Shown in pieces: positions 27,780-41,945 of a DNA stretch of 64,000 bases. A program made the position numbers and the translations under genes. Origin of the DNA: the human T2T-CHM13v2.0 reference genome, Homo sapiens; contig CP086569.2 of NCBI GenBank assembly GCA_009914755.4, forward strand, positions 29,568,001 through 29,632,000, written 5' to 3'. Each line of letters starts with the position of its first letter. The first letter of the stretch is position 1. Under the pieces are notes generated by a model that made no database searches, was not told the origin of the DNA, and saw only the letters and a program-made list of their open reading frames with translations.

Positions 27780-30700
27780 ATGGAGTCAAATGGAATGGTC
27801 TGGAATGGAATGAACACGAATGTAATGCAATCCAATAGAATGGAATCGAATGGCATGGAATATAAAGAAATGGAATCGAAGAGAATGGAAACAAATGGAA
27901 TGGAATTGAATGGAATGGAATTGAATGGAATGGGAACGAATGGAGTGAAATTGTATGCAGTAGAAGAGAATAGAATGGAATGCAAGCGAAAGGAAAGGAA
28001 TGGATTGGAATGGAATGGAATTCATTGGAATGGAAGGGAATGTAGTGTAATGGACAGGCCTGGAATAAAGTGGAATGCTACGGTCTCGAATGGAATAAAA
28101 ATGTATGGAATGGAATGCAATGAAACGGAATCGAATGTCATAGAATGTAATGGAATGCAAAAAAATGGACTCCAAAATCATTGACTGGAAAGGCTGGGTG
28201 TCGAAAGGAATTGACTCCAATGGAATGGAATCGAATGGAATGGAAGTGAATAGAATCGAACTAAATCGAATGGAATGGAATTGATAGGAACAGAATGGAA
28301 AGGAATGCAATGATTTGGCATGGAATGGAATCGAATGGCATCGAATGGAATGGAATGGAATGCAATGGAATGGAATGTATTAGAATGTAATGAACTTTAA
28401 TGGAATGTACTCGAATGGATTCGACTGGAATGGAATGTTCTGGAAGTGAATGGACTCCAATGGAATGGATTCAAAAGGAATGGAATCTTACGGAATGGAA
28501 TCTAATGGAATGGAATTAAATGGAAATGAATAAAATTGAATAGCACGGAATTGAATTGAATGGAATCGAATGCAATGGTATCTAATGAAACGGAAAGGAA
28601 AGGAATGGAATGGAATGGAATGGGCTGGAATGGAAAGGAATCGAAACGAATGGAATGGAATCGAACTGAAGAGACTGGAATGGAATGCACTGGAATGGAA
28701 GGGAGTGTAATGGAAGGTTCTCGACAAAAATGGAATCGAATGGAATGGAATTGAATGGAACGGAATAGTGTCGAATGGAATTGAATGGAATGGAATGGAC
28801 TAGAGTGAAATGGAATCGAACCACAAGGAATGGACAGGAATAGAATGGTCTCGAATTGAATGGAATCCTATGGAATGGCATCAAACGGAATGGAATGGAC
28901 AGCCACGGAATGGAATGCACTCGAATGCAATGGAGTCGAAACTAATGGACTGGAATAGAATGGACTCGACTGGTACGGACTCCAATGGAATGGAATCGAA
29001 TGGAAGGGAATCGAACGGAACGGACTCGAGGGAAAAGACTGCAATGGAAAGGTCTCGAATGGAATGGAAGTTAATGGAATGGAATGGAATCGAATGAAAT
29101 GGAGTCAAAAGGAATGGAATCGAATGGCAAGAAATCGAATGTAATGGAATCGCAAGGAATTGATGTGAACGGAACGGAATGGAATGGAATCCAAAGGAAT
29201 GGAATAGAATGGAATGGAATCGAATGGAAAGGACTCGAATGGAAATCACTCGAATAGAATGCAATTTAATAAAATAGGATCAAATGTAATGGAATGGAAT
29301 GGAAAGGAATCGAAAGGAAAGGAATGGAGACAGATGGAATGGAATGGAACAGAGAGCAATGGTATAGAATGGAATGGAATCATGTGGAATGGAATTGAAT
29401 GGAATGGAATAATATGAAATGGAATGGAATGGAATGGAATGCCCTTGAATTAAATGGACTGGAATGGAATGGATTCGAATAGAGTGGAATGGAAAGTTTT
29501 GAGATAGAATGGAATGGACCCCTTTGGAATGGTCTAGTATGCAATGCAATCGACTGGCAGGGAATCAAAAGGAATGTAATCGAATGGATTGGACTGGAAT
29601 GCAATGGACTCGAATAGATTGGAAACGGAATGCAAAGGAATGGAATGGAATAGTATGGAATGGAATGGAAAGGAATGGAGTGGAATAGACTAGAGTGGAA
29701 TGGAATGGACTGGAAAGCAATGGACTGGAATGGAACTTTCTTGAATGGACTGGAATCAAACGGAATGGAATGCAATGCAATCAAATGGCATGGAATAAAA
29801 TAGAATGAAAGAGAATCAAATGGAATTGAATCGAATGGAATCGAATGGATTGGAAAGGAATAGAATGGAATGGAATGGAATTGACTCAAATGGAATGGAC
29901 TAGAATGGAATGGATTCGAATGGAAGGCAAAGGAATGGAATCTATTGGAATGGACTGTAATGGAATGGAATGGAAGGGATTGGAATGGACTCGAATGGAA
30001 TGGACTGCAATAGAAAGGATTCGAATGGAATGAAAAAGAATTGAATGGAATAGAACAGAATGGAATCAAATCGAATGAAATGGAATGGAATAGAAAGGAA
30101 TGGAATGAAATGGAATGGAAAGGATTCGAATGGAATGCAATCGAATGGAATGGAATCGAACGGAATGGAATAAAATGGAAGAAAACTGGCAAGAAATGGA
30201 ATCGAAATGAATGGAGTGTTATGGAACGGACTCAAAAGGAATTGAATGTAATAGAATGGAGTGGAGTGGACTCGAATATAATGGACTGGAATGGAATGAA
30301 ATCACATGGAATGGGAACGAATGGAATGGAATGGAAAGGAATGGAATCGAATGGAAAGGAATCGAATGGAAGGGAATGAAATTGAATCAACAGGAATGGA
30401 AGGGAATAGAATAGACGGTAATGGAATGGACTCGAATAGAATGGACACGAATGCTCAAATTGAATGGACTCGAATGGAATGGAAACGAAAGGAATGTCAT
30501 CGAATGGAATTGAATCGATTGGAATGAAATCGCATAGAATGGAGTGGAATCAAATGGAATTGAATCGAAAGGAAAGGAAGCGAATGGACTGAAATGAAAT
30601 GGAATGGAATTGAATGGAAAGTAATGCAATGGAAGAGAATGGAAGGAAATTTCACGGAATGGAATCAAACTGAATGGAATCAAATCAATGGAATATAATC

Positions 30701-31332
30701 AAATGGAATGGAAAGGAATTGAATGGAGTAGATTGGATTGGATGGGATTGGAATGAAATGTACTGGAAAGGACTCGAATTTCATGAAACGGAATGGAATG
30801 AATTGGAACGGAATGGACTCGAATGGAATGGAATGTCATGGAATGGCATCAAATGGAATGGCATCAAATGGAATGGAATCGAATGCAATGGAATGCTATG
30901 GAATGGAATGGAATGCATTGGAATGGAATGTCCTCTAATGGAATGGATTCGAGTGGAATGGAATCGAATACAATGGAGTCGAATGAAATGGAATTGAAAG
31001 GAATGGGTTCGAATACAATGGAATATACTGGAATGTAAGGTAATGAACTCGAATGTAATTGACTGGAATGGAATGTACATGAACGGAATGTAATCGAATG
31101 GAAAGTAATCCAATGGAATAGAATCTAATGCAATAAAATCGACTCAGATAGAGTAGAATGTAATGGAATGGAGTGCAGTGCAATGGAAAGGAATGTAATG
31201 GAATGCAATGCAATGGAATGGAATGGAATGGAATGGAATGGAATGGGACGGAATGGTATGGAATGGATAGTAATGGACTGGAGTGAAATGGACTGGAAAG
31301 GAATGGACTCAAATTGAAAGGGCTCGAAAGGA
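27780..31332. repeat. HOR unit U9 (3553 bp), C-type
   Basis: Shares the FCSYQ variant (27786-28310) with U13 and U19. Confidence 0.8.
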
Positions 31333-34300
31333 ATGGAGTCAAATGGAATGGTCTGGAATGGAATGAACACGAATGTAATGCAATCCAATAGAATGGAATC
31401 GAATGGCATGGAATATAAAGAAATGGAATCGAAGAGAATGGAAACAAATGGAATGGAATTGAATGGAATGGAATTGAATGGAATGGGAACGAATGGAGTG
31501 AAATTGTATGCAGTAGAAGAGAATAGAATGAAATGCAAGCGAAAGGAAAGGAATGGATTGGAATGGAATGGAATTCATTGGAATGGAAGGGAAAGTAGTG
31601 TAATGGACAGGCCTGGAATAAAGTGGAATGCTACGGTCTCGAATGGAATAAAAATGTATGGAATGGAATGCAATGAAACGGAATCGAATGTCATAGAATG
31701 TAATGGAATGCAAAAAAATGGACTCCAAAATCATTGACTGGAAAGGCTGGGTGTCGAAAGGGATTGACTCCAATGGAATGGAATCGAATGGAATGGAAGT
31801 GAATAGAATCGAACTAAATCGAATGGAATGGAATTGATAGGAACGGAATGGAAAGGAATGCAATCATTTGGCATGGAATGGAATCGAATGGCATCGAATG
31901 GAATGGAATGGAATGCAATGGAATGGAATGTATTAGAATGTAATGAACTTTAATGGAATGTACTCGAATGGATTCGACTGGAATGGAATGTTCTGGACGT
32001 GAATGGACTCCAATGGAATGGATTCAAAAGGAATGGAATCTTACGGAATGGAATCTAATGGAATGGAATTAAATGGAAATGAATCAAATTGAATAGCACG
32101 GAATTGAATTGAATGGAATCGAATGCAATGGTATCTAATGAAACGGAAAGGAAAGGAATGGAATGGAATGGAATGGGCTGGAATGGAAAGGAATCGAAAC
32201 GAATGGAATGGAATCGAACTGAAGAGACTGGAATGGAATGCACTTTAATGGAAGGGAGTGTAATGGAAGGTTCTCGACAAAAATGGAATCGAATGGAATG
32301 GAATTGAATGGAACGGAATAGAGTCGAATGGATTTGAATGGAATGGAATGGACTACAGTGAAATGGAATCGAACCACAAGTAATGGACAGGTATAGAATG
32401 GTCTCGAATTGAATGGAATCGTATGGAATGGCATCAAACGGAATGGAATGGACAGCCACGGAATGGAATGCACTCGAATGCAATGGAGTCGAAACTAATG
32501 GACTGGAATAAAATGGACTCGACTGGTACGGACTCCAATGGAATGGAATCGAATGCAAGGGAATCGAACGGAATGGACTCGAAGGGAAAAGACTGCAATG
32601 GAAAGGTCTCGAATGGAATGGAAATTAATGGAATGGAATGGAATCGAATGAAATGGAGTCAAAAGGAATGGAATCGAATGGCAAGAAATCGAATGTAATG
32701 GAATCGCAAGGAATTGATGTGAACGGAACGGAATGGAATGGAATCCAAAGGAATGGAATAGAATGGAATGGAATCGAATGGAAAGGGCTCGAATGGAAAT
32801 CACTCGAATAGAATGCAATTTAATAAAATAGGATCAAATGTAATGGAATGGAATTGAAAGGAATCGAAAGGAAAGGAATGGAGACAGATGGAATGGAATG
32901 GAACAGAGAGCAATGGTATAGAATGGAATGGAATCATCTGGAATGGAATTGAATGGAATGGAATAATATGAAATGGAATGGAATGGAATGGAATGCCCTT
33001 GAATTAAATGGACTGGAATGGAATGGATTCGAATAGAGTGGAATGGAAAGTTTTGAGATAGAATGGAATGGACCCCTTTGGAATGGTCTAGTATGCAATG
33101 CAATCGACTGGCAGGGAATCAAAAGGAATGTAATCGAATGGATTGGACTGGAATGCAATGGACTCGAATAGATTGGAAACGGAATGCAAAGGAATGGAAT
33201 GGAATAGTATGGAATGGAATGGAAAGGAATGGAGTGGAATAGACTAGAGTGGAATGGAATGGACTGGAAAGCAATGGACTGGAATGGAACTTTCTTGAAT
33301 GGACTGGAATCAAACGGAATGGAATGCAATGCAATCAAATGGCATGGAATAAAATAGAATGAAAGAGAATCAAATGGAATTGAATCGAATGGAATCGAAT
33401 GGATTGGAAAGGAATAGAATGGAATGGAATGGAATTGACTGAAATGGAATGGACTAGAATGGAATGGATTCGAATGGAAGGCAAAGGAATGGAATCTATT
33501 GGAATGGACTGTAATGGAATGGAATGGAAGGGATTGGAATGGACTCGAATGGAATGGACTGCAATAGAAAGGATTCGAATGGAATGAAAAAGAATTGAAT
33601 GGAATAGAACAGAATGGAATCAAATCGAATGAAATGGAATGGAATAGAAAGGAATGGAATGAAATGGAATGGAAAGGATTCGAATGGAATGCAATCGAAT
33701 GGAATGGAATCGAACGGAATGGAATAAAATGGAAGAAAACTGGCAAGAAATGGAATCGAAATGAATGGAGTGTTATGGAACGGACTCAAAAGGAATTGAA
33801 TGTAATAGAATGGAGTGGAGTGGACTCGAATATAATGGACTGGAATGGAATGAAATCACATGGAATGGGAACGAATGGAATGGAATGGAAAGGAATGGAA
33901 TCGAATGGAAAGGAATCGAATGGAAGGGAATGAAATTGAATCAACAGGAATGGAAGGGAATAGAATAGACGGTAATGGAATGGACTCGAATAGAATGGAC
34001 ACGAATGCTCAAATTGAATGGACTCGAATGGAATGGAAACGAAAGGAATGTCATCGAATGGAATTGAATCGATTGGAATGAAATCGCATAGAATGGAGTG
34101 GAATCAAATGGAATTGAATCGAAAGGAAAGGAAGCGAATGGACTGAAATGAAATGGAATGGAATTGAATGGAAAGTAGTGCAATGGAATAGAATGGAACG
34201 AAATTTCACGGAATGGAAAGAAACTGAAAGGAATCAAATCAATGGAATATAATCAAATGGAATGGAAAGGAATTGAATGGAGTAGATTGGATTGGATGGG

Positions 34301-34891
34301 ATTGGAATGAAATGTACTGGAAAGGACTCGAATTTCATGAAACGGAATGGAATGAATTGGAACGGAATGGACTCGAATGGAATGGAATGTCATGGAATGG
34401 CATCAAATGGAATGACATCAAATGGAATGGAATCGAATGCAATGGAATGCTCTGGAATGGAATGGAATGCGTTGGAATGGAATGTCCTCTAATGGAATGG
34501 ATTCGAGTGGAATGGAATCGAATATAATGGAGTCGAATGAAATGGAATTGAAAGGAATGGGATCGAATACAATGGAATATACTGGAATGTAATGTAATGA
34601 ACTCGAATGTAATTGACTGGAATGGAATGTACATGAATGGAATGTAATCGAATGGAAAGTAATCCAATGGAATAGAATCTACTGCAATAAAATCGACTCA
34701 GATAGAGTAGAATGTAATGGAATGGAGTGCAGTGCAATGGAATGGAATGGAATGGAATGCAATGGAATGGAATGGAATGGAATGGAATGGAATGGAATGG
34801 AATGGGATGGAATGGTATGGAATGGATAGTAATGGACTGGAGTGAAATGGACTGGAAAAGAATGGACTCAAATTGAAAGGGCTCGAAAGGA
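31333..34891. repeat. HOR unit U10 (3559 bp), A-type
   Basis: Anchor spacing. From about 32.0 kb onward it is near-identical to U16. Confidence 0.8.
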
Positions 34892-37800
34892 ATGGAGTCA
34901 AATGGAATGGTCTAGGAATGGAATGAACACGAATGTAAGGCAATCCAATAGAATGGAATCGAATGGCATGGAATATAAAGAAATGGTATCAAAGAGAATG
35001 GAAACAAATGGAATGGAATTGAATGGAATGGAATTGAATGGAATGGGAACGAATGGAGTGAAATTGTATGCAGTAGAAGAGAATAGAATGGAATGCAAGT
35101 GAAAGGAAAGGAATGGATTGGAATGGAATGGAATTCATTGGAATGGAAGGGAATGTAGTGTAATGGACAGGCCTGGAATAAAGTGGAATGCTACGGTCTC
35201 GAATGGAATAAAAATGTATGGAATGGAATGCAATGAAACGGAATCGAATGTCATAGAATGTAATGGAATGCAAAAAAATGGAATCCAAAATCATTGACTG
35301 GAAAGGCTGGGTGTCGAAAGGAATTGACTCCAATGGAATGGAATCGAATGGAATGGAAGTGAATAGAATCGAACTAAATCGAATGGAATGGAATTGATAG
35401 GAACGGAATGGAAAGGAATGCAATGATGTGGCATGGAATGGAATCGAATGGCATCGAATGGAATGGAATGGAATGCAATGGAATGGAGTGTATTAAAATG
35501 TAATGAACATTAATGGAATGTACTCAAATGGATTCGACTGGAATGGAATGTTCTGGAAGTGAATGGACTCCAATGGAATGGATTCAAAAGGAATGGAATC
35601 GTACGGAATGGAATCTAATGGAATGGAATTAAATGGAAATGAATCAAATTGAATAGCACGGAATTGAATTGAATGGAATCGAATGCAATGGAATCTAATG
35701 AAACGGAAAGGAAAAGAATGGAATGGAATGGAATGGGCTGGAATGGAAAGGAATCGAAACGAATGGAATGGAATCGAACTGAAGAGACTGGAATGGAATG
35801 CACTGGAATGGAAGGGAGTGTAATGGAAGGTTCTCGACAAAAATGGAATCGAATGGAATGGAATTGAATGGAACGGAATAGAGTCGAATGGAATTGAATG
35901 GAATGGAATGGACTAGAGTGAAATGGAATCGAACCACAAGGAATGGACAGGAATAGAATGGTCTCGAATTGAATGGAATCGTATGGAATGGCATCAAACG
36001 GAATGGAATGGACAGCCACGGAATGGAATGCACTCGAATGCAATGGAGTCGAAACTAATGGACTGGAATAGAATGGACTCGACTGGTACGGACTCCAATG
36101 GAATGGAATCGAATGGAAGGGAATCGAACGGAATGGACTCGAAGGGAAAAGACTGCAATGGAAAGGTCTCGAATTGAATGGAAATTAATGGAATGGAATG
36201 GAATCGAATGAAATGGAGTCAAAAGGAATGGAATCGAATGGCAAGAAATCGAATGTAATGGAATCGCAAGGAATTGATGTGAACGGAACGGAATGGAATG
36301 GAATCCAAAGGAATGGAATAGAATGGAATGGAATCGAATGGAAAGGGCTCGAATGGAAATCACTCGAATAGAATGCAATTTAATAAAATAGGATCAAATG
36401 TAATGGAATGGAATGGAAAGGAATCGAAAGGAAAGGAATGGAGACAGATGGAATGGAATGGAACAGAGAGCAATGGTATAGAATGGAATGGAATCATCTG
36501 GAATGGAATTGAATGGAATGGAATAATATGAAATGGAATGGAATGGAATGGAATGCCCTTGAATTAAATGGACTGGAATGGAATGGATTCGAATAGAGTG
36601 GAATGGAAAGTTTTGAGATAGAATGGAATGGACCCCTTTGGAATGGTCTAGTATGCAATGCAATCGACTGGCAGGGAATCAAAAGGAATGTAATCGAATG
36701 GATTGGACTGGAATGCAATGGACTCGAATAGATTGGAAACGGAATGCAAAGGAATGGAATGGAATAGTATGGAATGGAATGGAAAGGAATGGAGTGGAAT
36801 AGACTAGAGTGGAATGGAATGGACTGGAAAGCAATGGACTGGAATGGAACTTTCTTGAATGGACTGGAATCAAACGGAATGGAATGCAATGCAATCAAAT
36901 GGCATGGAATAAAATAGAATGAAAGAGAATCAAATGGAATTGAATCGAATGGAATCGAATGGATTGGAAAGGAATAGAATGGAATGGAATGGAATTGACT
37001 GAAATGGAATGGACTAGAATGGAATGGATTCGAATGGAAGGCAAAGGAATGGAATCTATTGGAATGGACTGTAATGGAATGGAATGGAAGGGATTGGAAT
37101 GGACTCGAATGGAATGGACTGCAATAGAAAGGATTCGAATGGAATGAAAAAGAATTGAATGGAATAGAACAGAATGGAATCAAATCGAATGAAATGGAAT
37201 GGAATAGAAAGGAATGGAATGAAATGGAATGGAAAGGATTCGAATGGAATGCAATCGAATGGAATGGAATCGAACGGAATGGAATAAAATGGAAGAAAAC
37301 TGGCAAGAAATGGAATCGAAATGAATGGAGTGTTATGGAACGGACTCAAAAGGAATTGAATGTAATAGAATGGAGTGGAGTGGACTCGAATATAATGGAC
37401 TGGAATGGAATGAAATCACATGGAATGGGAACGAATGGAATGGAATGGAAAGGAATGGAATCGAATGGAAAGGAATCGAATGGAAGGGAATGAAATTGAA
37501 TCAACAGGAATGGAAGGGAATAGAATAGACGGTAATGGAATGGACTCGAATAGAATGGACACGAATGCTCAAATTGAATGGACTCGAATGGAATGGAAAC
37601 GAAAGGAATGTCATCGAATGGAATTGAATCGATTGGAATGAAATCGCATAGAATGGAGTGGAATCAAATGGAATTGAATCGAAAGGAAAGGAAGCGAATG
37701 GACTGAAATGAAATGGAATGGAATTGAATGGAAAGTAGTGCAATGGAATAGAATGGAACGAAATTTCACGGAATGGAAAGAAACTGAAAGGAATCAAATC

Positions 37801-38451
37801 AATGGAATATAATCAAATGGAATGGAAAGGAATTGAATGGAGTAGATTGGATTGGATGGGATTGGAATGAAATGTACTGGAAAGGACTCGAATTTCATGA
37901 AACGGAATGGAATGAATTTGAACGGAATGGACTCGAATGGAATGGAATGTCATGGAATGGCATCAAATGGAATGACATCAAATGGAATGGAATCGAATGC
38001 AATGGAATGCTCTGGAATGGAATGGAATGCGTTGGAATGGAATGTCCTCTAATGGAATGGATTCGAGTGGAATGGAATCGAATATAATGGAGTCGAATGA
38101 AATGGAATTGAAAGGAATGGGATCGAATACAATGGAATATACTGGAATGTAATGTAATGAACTCGAATGTAATTGACTGGAATGGAATGTACATGAATGG
38201 AATGTAATCGAATGGAAAGTAATCCAATGGAATAGAATCTACTGCAATAAAATCGACTCAGATAGAGTAGAATGTAATGGAATGGAGTGCAGTGCAATGG
38301 AATGGAATGGAATGGAATGCAATGGAATGGAATGGAATGGAATGGAATGGAATGGAATGGAATGGGATGGAATGGTATGGAATGGATGGTAATGGACTGG
38401 AGTGAAATGGACTGGAAAAGAATGGACTCAAATTGAAAGGGCTCGAAAGGA
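34892..38451. repeat. HOR unit U11 (3560 bp), B-type
   Basis: The anchor is altered to ggtctaggaatgg (34911-34923) and atggtatcaaag (34984-34995). Near-identical to U17. Confidence 0.8.
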
Positions 38452-41400
38452 ATGGAGTCAAATGGAATGGTCTAGGAATGGAATGAACACGAATGTAAGG
38501 CAATCCAATAGAATGGAATCGAATGGCATGGAATATAAAGAAATGGTATCAAAGAGAATGGAAACAAATGGAATGGAATTGAATGGAATGGAATTGAATG
38601 GAATGGGAACGAATGGAGTGAAATTGTATGCAGTAGAAGAGAATAGAATGGAATGCAAGTGAAAGGAAAGGAATGGATTGGAATGGAATGGAATTCATTG
38701 GAATGGAAGGGAATGTAGTGTAATGGACAGGCCTGGAATAAAGTGGAATGCTACGGTCTCGAATGGAATAAAAATGTATGGAATGGAATGCAATGAAACG
38801 GAATCGAATGTCATAGAATGTAATGGAATGCAAAAAAATGGAATCCAAAATCATTGACTGGAAAGGCTGGGTGTCGAAAGGAATTGACTCCAATGGAATG
38901 GAATCGAATGGAATGGAAGTGAATAGAATCGAACTAAATCGAATGGAATGGAATTGATAGGAACGGAATGGAAAGGAATGCAATGATGTGGCATGGAATG
39001 GAATCGAATGGCATCGAATGGAATGGAATGGAATGCAATGGAATGGAGTGTATTAAAATGTAATGAACATTAATGGAATGTACTCAAATGGATTCGACTG
39101 GAATGGAATGTTCTGGAAGTGAATGGACTCCAATGGAATGGATTCAAAAGGAATGGAATCGTACGGAATGGAATCTAATGGAATGGAATTAAATGGAAAT
39201 GAATCAAATTGAATAGCACGGAATTGAATTGAATGGAATCGAATGCAATGGAATCTAATGAAACGGAAAGGAAAAGAATGGAATGGAATGGAATGGGCTG
39301 GAATGGAAAGGAATCGAAACGAATGGAATGGAATCGAACTGAAGAGACTGGAATGGAATGCACTGGAATGGAAGGGAGTGTAATGGAAGGTTCTCGACAA
39401 AAATGGAATCGAATGGAATGGAATTGAATGGAACGGAATAGAGTCGAATGGAATTGAATGGAATGGAATGGACTAGAGTGAAATGGAATCGAACCACAAG
39501 GAATGGACAGGAATAGAATGGTCTCGAATTGAATGGAATCGTATGGAATGGCATCAAACGGAATGGAATGGACAGCCACGGAATGGAATGCACTCGAATG
39601 CAATGGAGTCGAAACTAATGGACTGGAATAGAATGGACTCGACTGGTACGGACTCCAATGGAATGGAATCGAATGGAAGGGAATCGAACGGAATGGACTC
39701 GAAGGGAAAAGACTGCAATGGAAAGGTCTCGAATGGAATGGAAATTAATGGAATGGAATGGAATCGAATGAAATGGAGTCAAAAGGAATGGAATCGAATG
39801 GCAAGAAATCGAATGTAATGGAATCGCAAGGAATTGATGTGAACGGAACGGAATGGAATGGAATCCAAAGGAATGGAATAGAATGGAATGGAATCGAATG
39901 GAAAGGACTCGAATGGAAATCACTCGAATAGAATGCAATTTAATAAAATAGGATCAAATGTAATGGAATGGAATGGAAAGGAATCGAAACGAAAGGAATG
40001 GAGACAGATGGAATGGAATGGAACAGAGAGCAATGGTATAGAATGGAATGGAATCATCTGGAATGGAATTGAATGGAATGGAATAATATGAAATGGAATG
40101 GAATGGAATGGAATGCCCTTGAATTAAATCGACTGGAATGGAATGGACTCGAATAGAGTGGAATGGAAAGTGTTGAGATAGAATGGAATGGACTCTTTGG
40201 AATGGTGTAGTATGCAATGCAATCGACTGGCAGGGAATCAAAAGGAATGTAATGGAATGGATTGGACTGGAATGCAATGGACTCGAATAGATTGGAAACG
40301 GAATGCAAAGGAATGGAATGGAATAGTATGGAATGGAATGGAAAGGAATGGAGTGGAATAGACTAGAGTGGAATGGAATGGACTGGAAAGCAATGGACTG
40401 GAATGGAACTTTCTTGAATGGACTGGAATCAAACGGAATGGAATGCAATGCAATCAAATGGCATGGAATAAAATAGAATGAAAGAGAATCAAATGGAATT
40501 GAATCGAATGGAATCGAATGGATTGGAAAGCAATAGAATGGAATGGAATGGAATTGACTGAAATGGAATGGACTAGAATGGAATGGATTCGAATGGAAGG
40601 CAAAGGAATGGAATCTATTGGAATGGACTGTAATGGAATGGAATGGAAGGGATTGGAATGGACTCGAATGGAATGGACTGCAATAGAAAGGATTCGAATG
40701 GAATGAAAAAGAATTGAATGGAATAGAACAGAATGGAATCAAATCGAATGAAATGGAATGGAATAGAAAGGAATGGAATGAAATGGAATGGAAAGGATTC
40801 GAATGGAATGCAATCGAATGGAATGGAATCGAACGGAATGGAATAAAATGGAAGAAAACTGGCAAGAAATGGAATCGAAATGAATGGAGTGTTATGGAAC
40901 GGACTCAAAAGGAATTGAATGTAATAGAATGGAGTGGAGTGGACTCGAATATAATGGACTGGAATGGAATGAAATCACATGGAATGGGAACGAATGGAAT
41001 GGAATGGAAAGGAATGGAATCGAATGGAAAGGAATCGAATGGAAGGGAATGAAATTGAATCAACAGGAATGGAAGGGAATAGAATAGAGGGTAATGGAAT
41101 GGACTCGAATAGAATGGACACGAATGCTCAAATTGAATGGACTCGAATGGAATGGAAACGAAAGGAATGTCATCGAATGGAATTGAATCGATTGGAATGA
41201 AATCGCATAGAATGGAGTGGAATCAAATGGAATTGAATCGAAAGGAAAGGAAGCGAATGGACTGAAATGAAATGGAATGGAATTGAATGGAAAGTAATGC
41301 AATGGAAGAGAATGGAAGGAAATTTCACGGAATGGAATCAAACTGAATGGAATCAAATCAATGGAATATAATCAAATGGAATGGAAAGGAATTGAATGGA

Positions 41401-41945
41401 ATAGATTGGATTGGATGGGATTGGAATGAAATGTACTGGAAAGGACTCGAATTTCATGAAACGGAATGGAATGAATTGGAACGGAATGGTCTCGAATGGA
41501 ATGCAATGTCATGGAATGGCATCAAATGGAATGGCATCAAATGGAATGGAATCGAATGCAATGGAATGCTATGGAATGGAATATAATGGAGTCGAATGAA
41601 ATGGAATTGAAAGGAATGGGTTCGAATACAATGGAATATACTGGAATGTAAGGTAATGAACTCGAATGTAATTGACTGGAATGGAATGTACATTAACGGA
41701 ATGTAATCGAATGGAAAGTAATCCAATGGAATAGAATCTAATGCAATAAAATCGACTCAGATAGAGTAGAATGTAATGGAATGGAGTGCAGTGCAATGGA
41801 ATGGAATGGAATGGAATGCAATGGAATGGAATGGAATGGAATGGAATGGAATGGAATGGGATGGAATGGTATGGAATGGATAGTAATGGACTGGAGTGAA
41901 ATGGACTGGAATGGAATGGACTCAAATTGAAAGGTCTCGAAAGGA
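38452..41945. repeat. HOR unit U12 (3494 bp), B-type with a ~60-bp deletion
   Basis: The deletion joins ggaatggaat|ataatggagtcg at about 41577. The identical deletion is present in U18. Confidence 0.8.

Noticed and set aside
39954-40865. Long ORFs of up to 303 aa on both strands, with peptides such as (IPFHS)n on the minus strand and (MEWNG)n on the plus strand
   Set aside because: The pentamer AATGG read in any frame gives AAT GGA ATG GAA TGG with no stop, and the complement CCATT has no stop either. Long ORFs are therefore a compositional inevitability. The peptides are pure low-complexity repeats, the ORFs overlap each other in several frames and strands, and ORF length changes between units through single substitutions.
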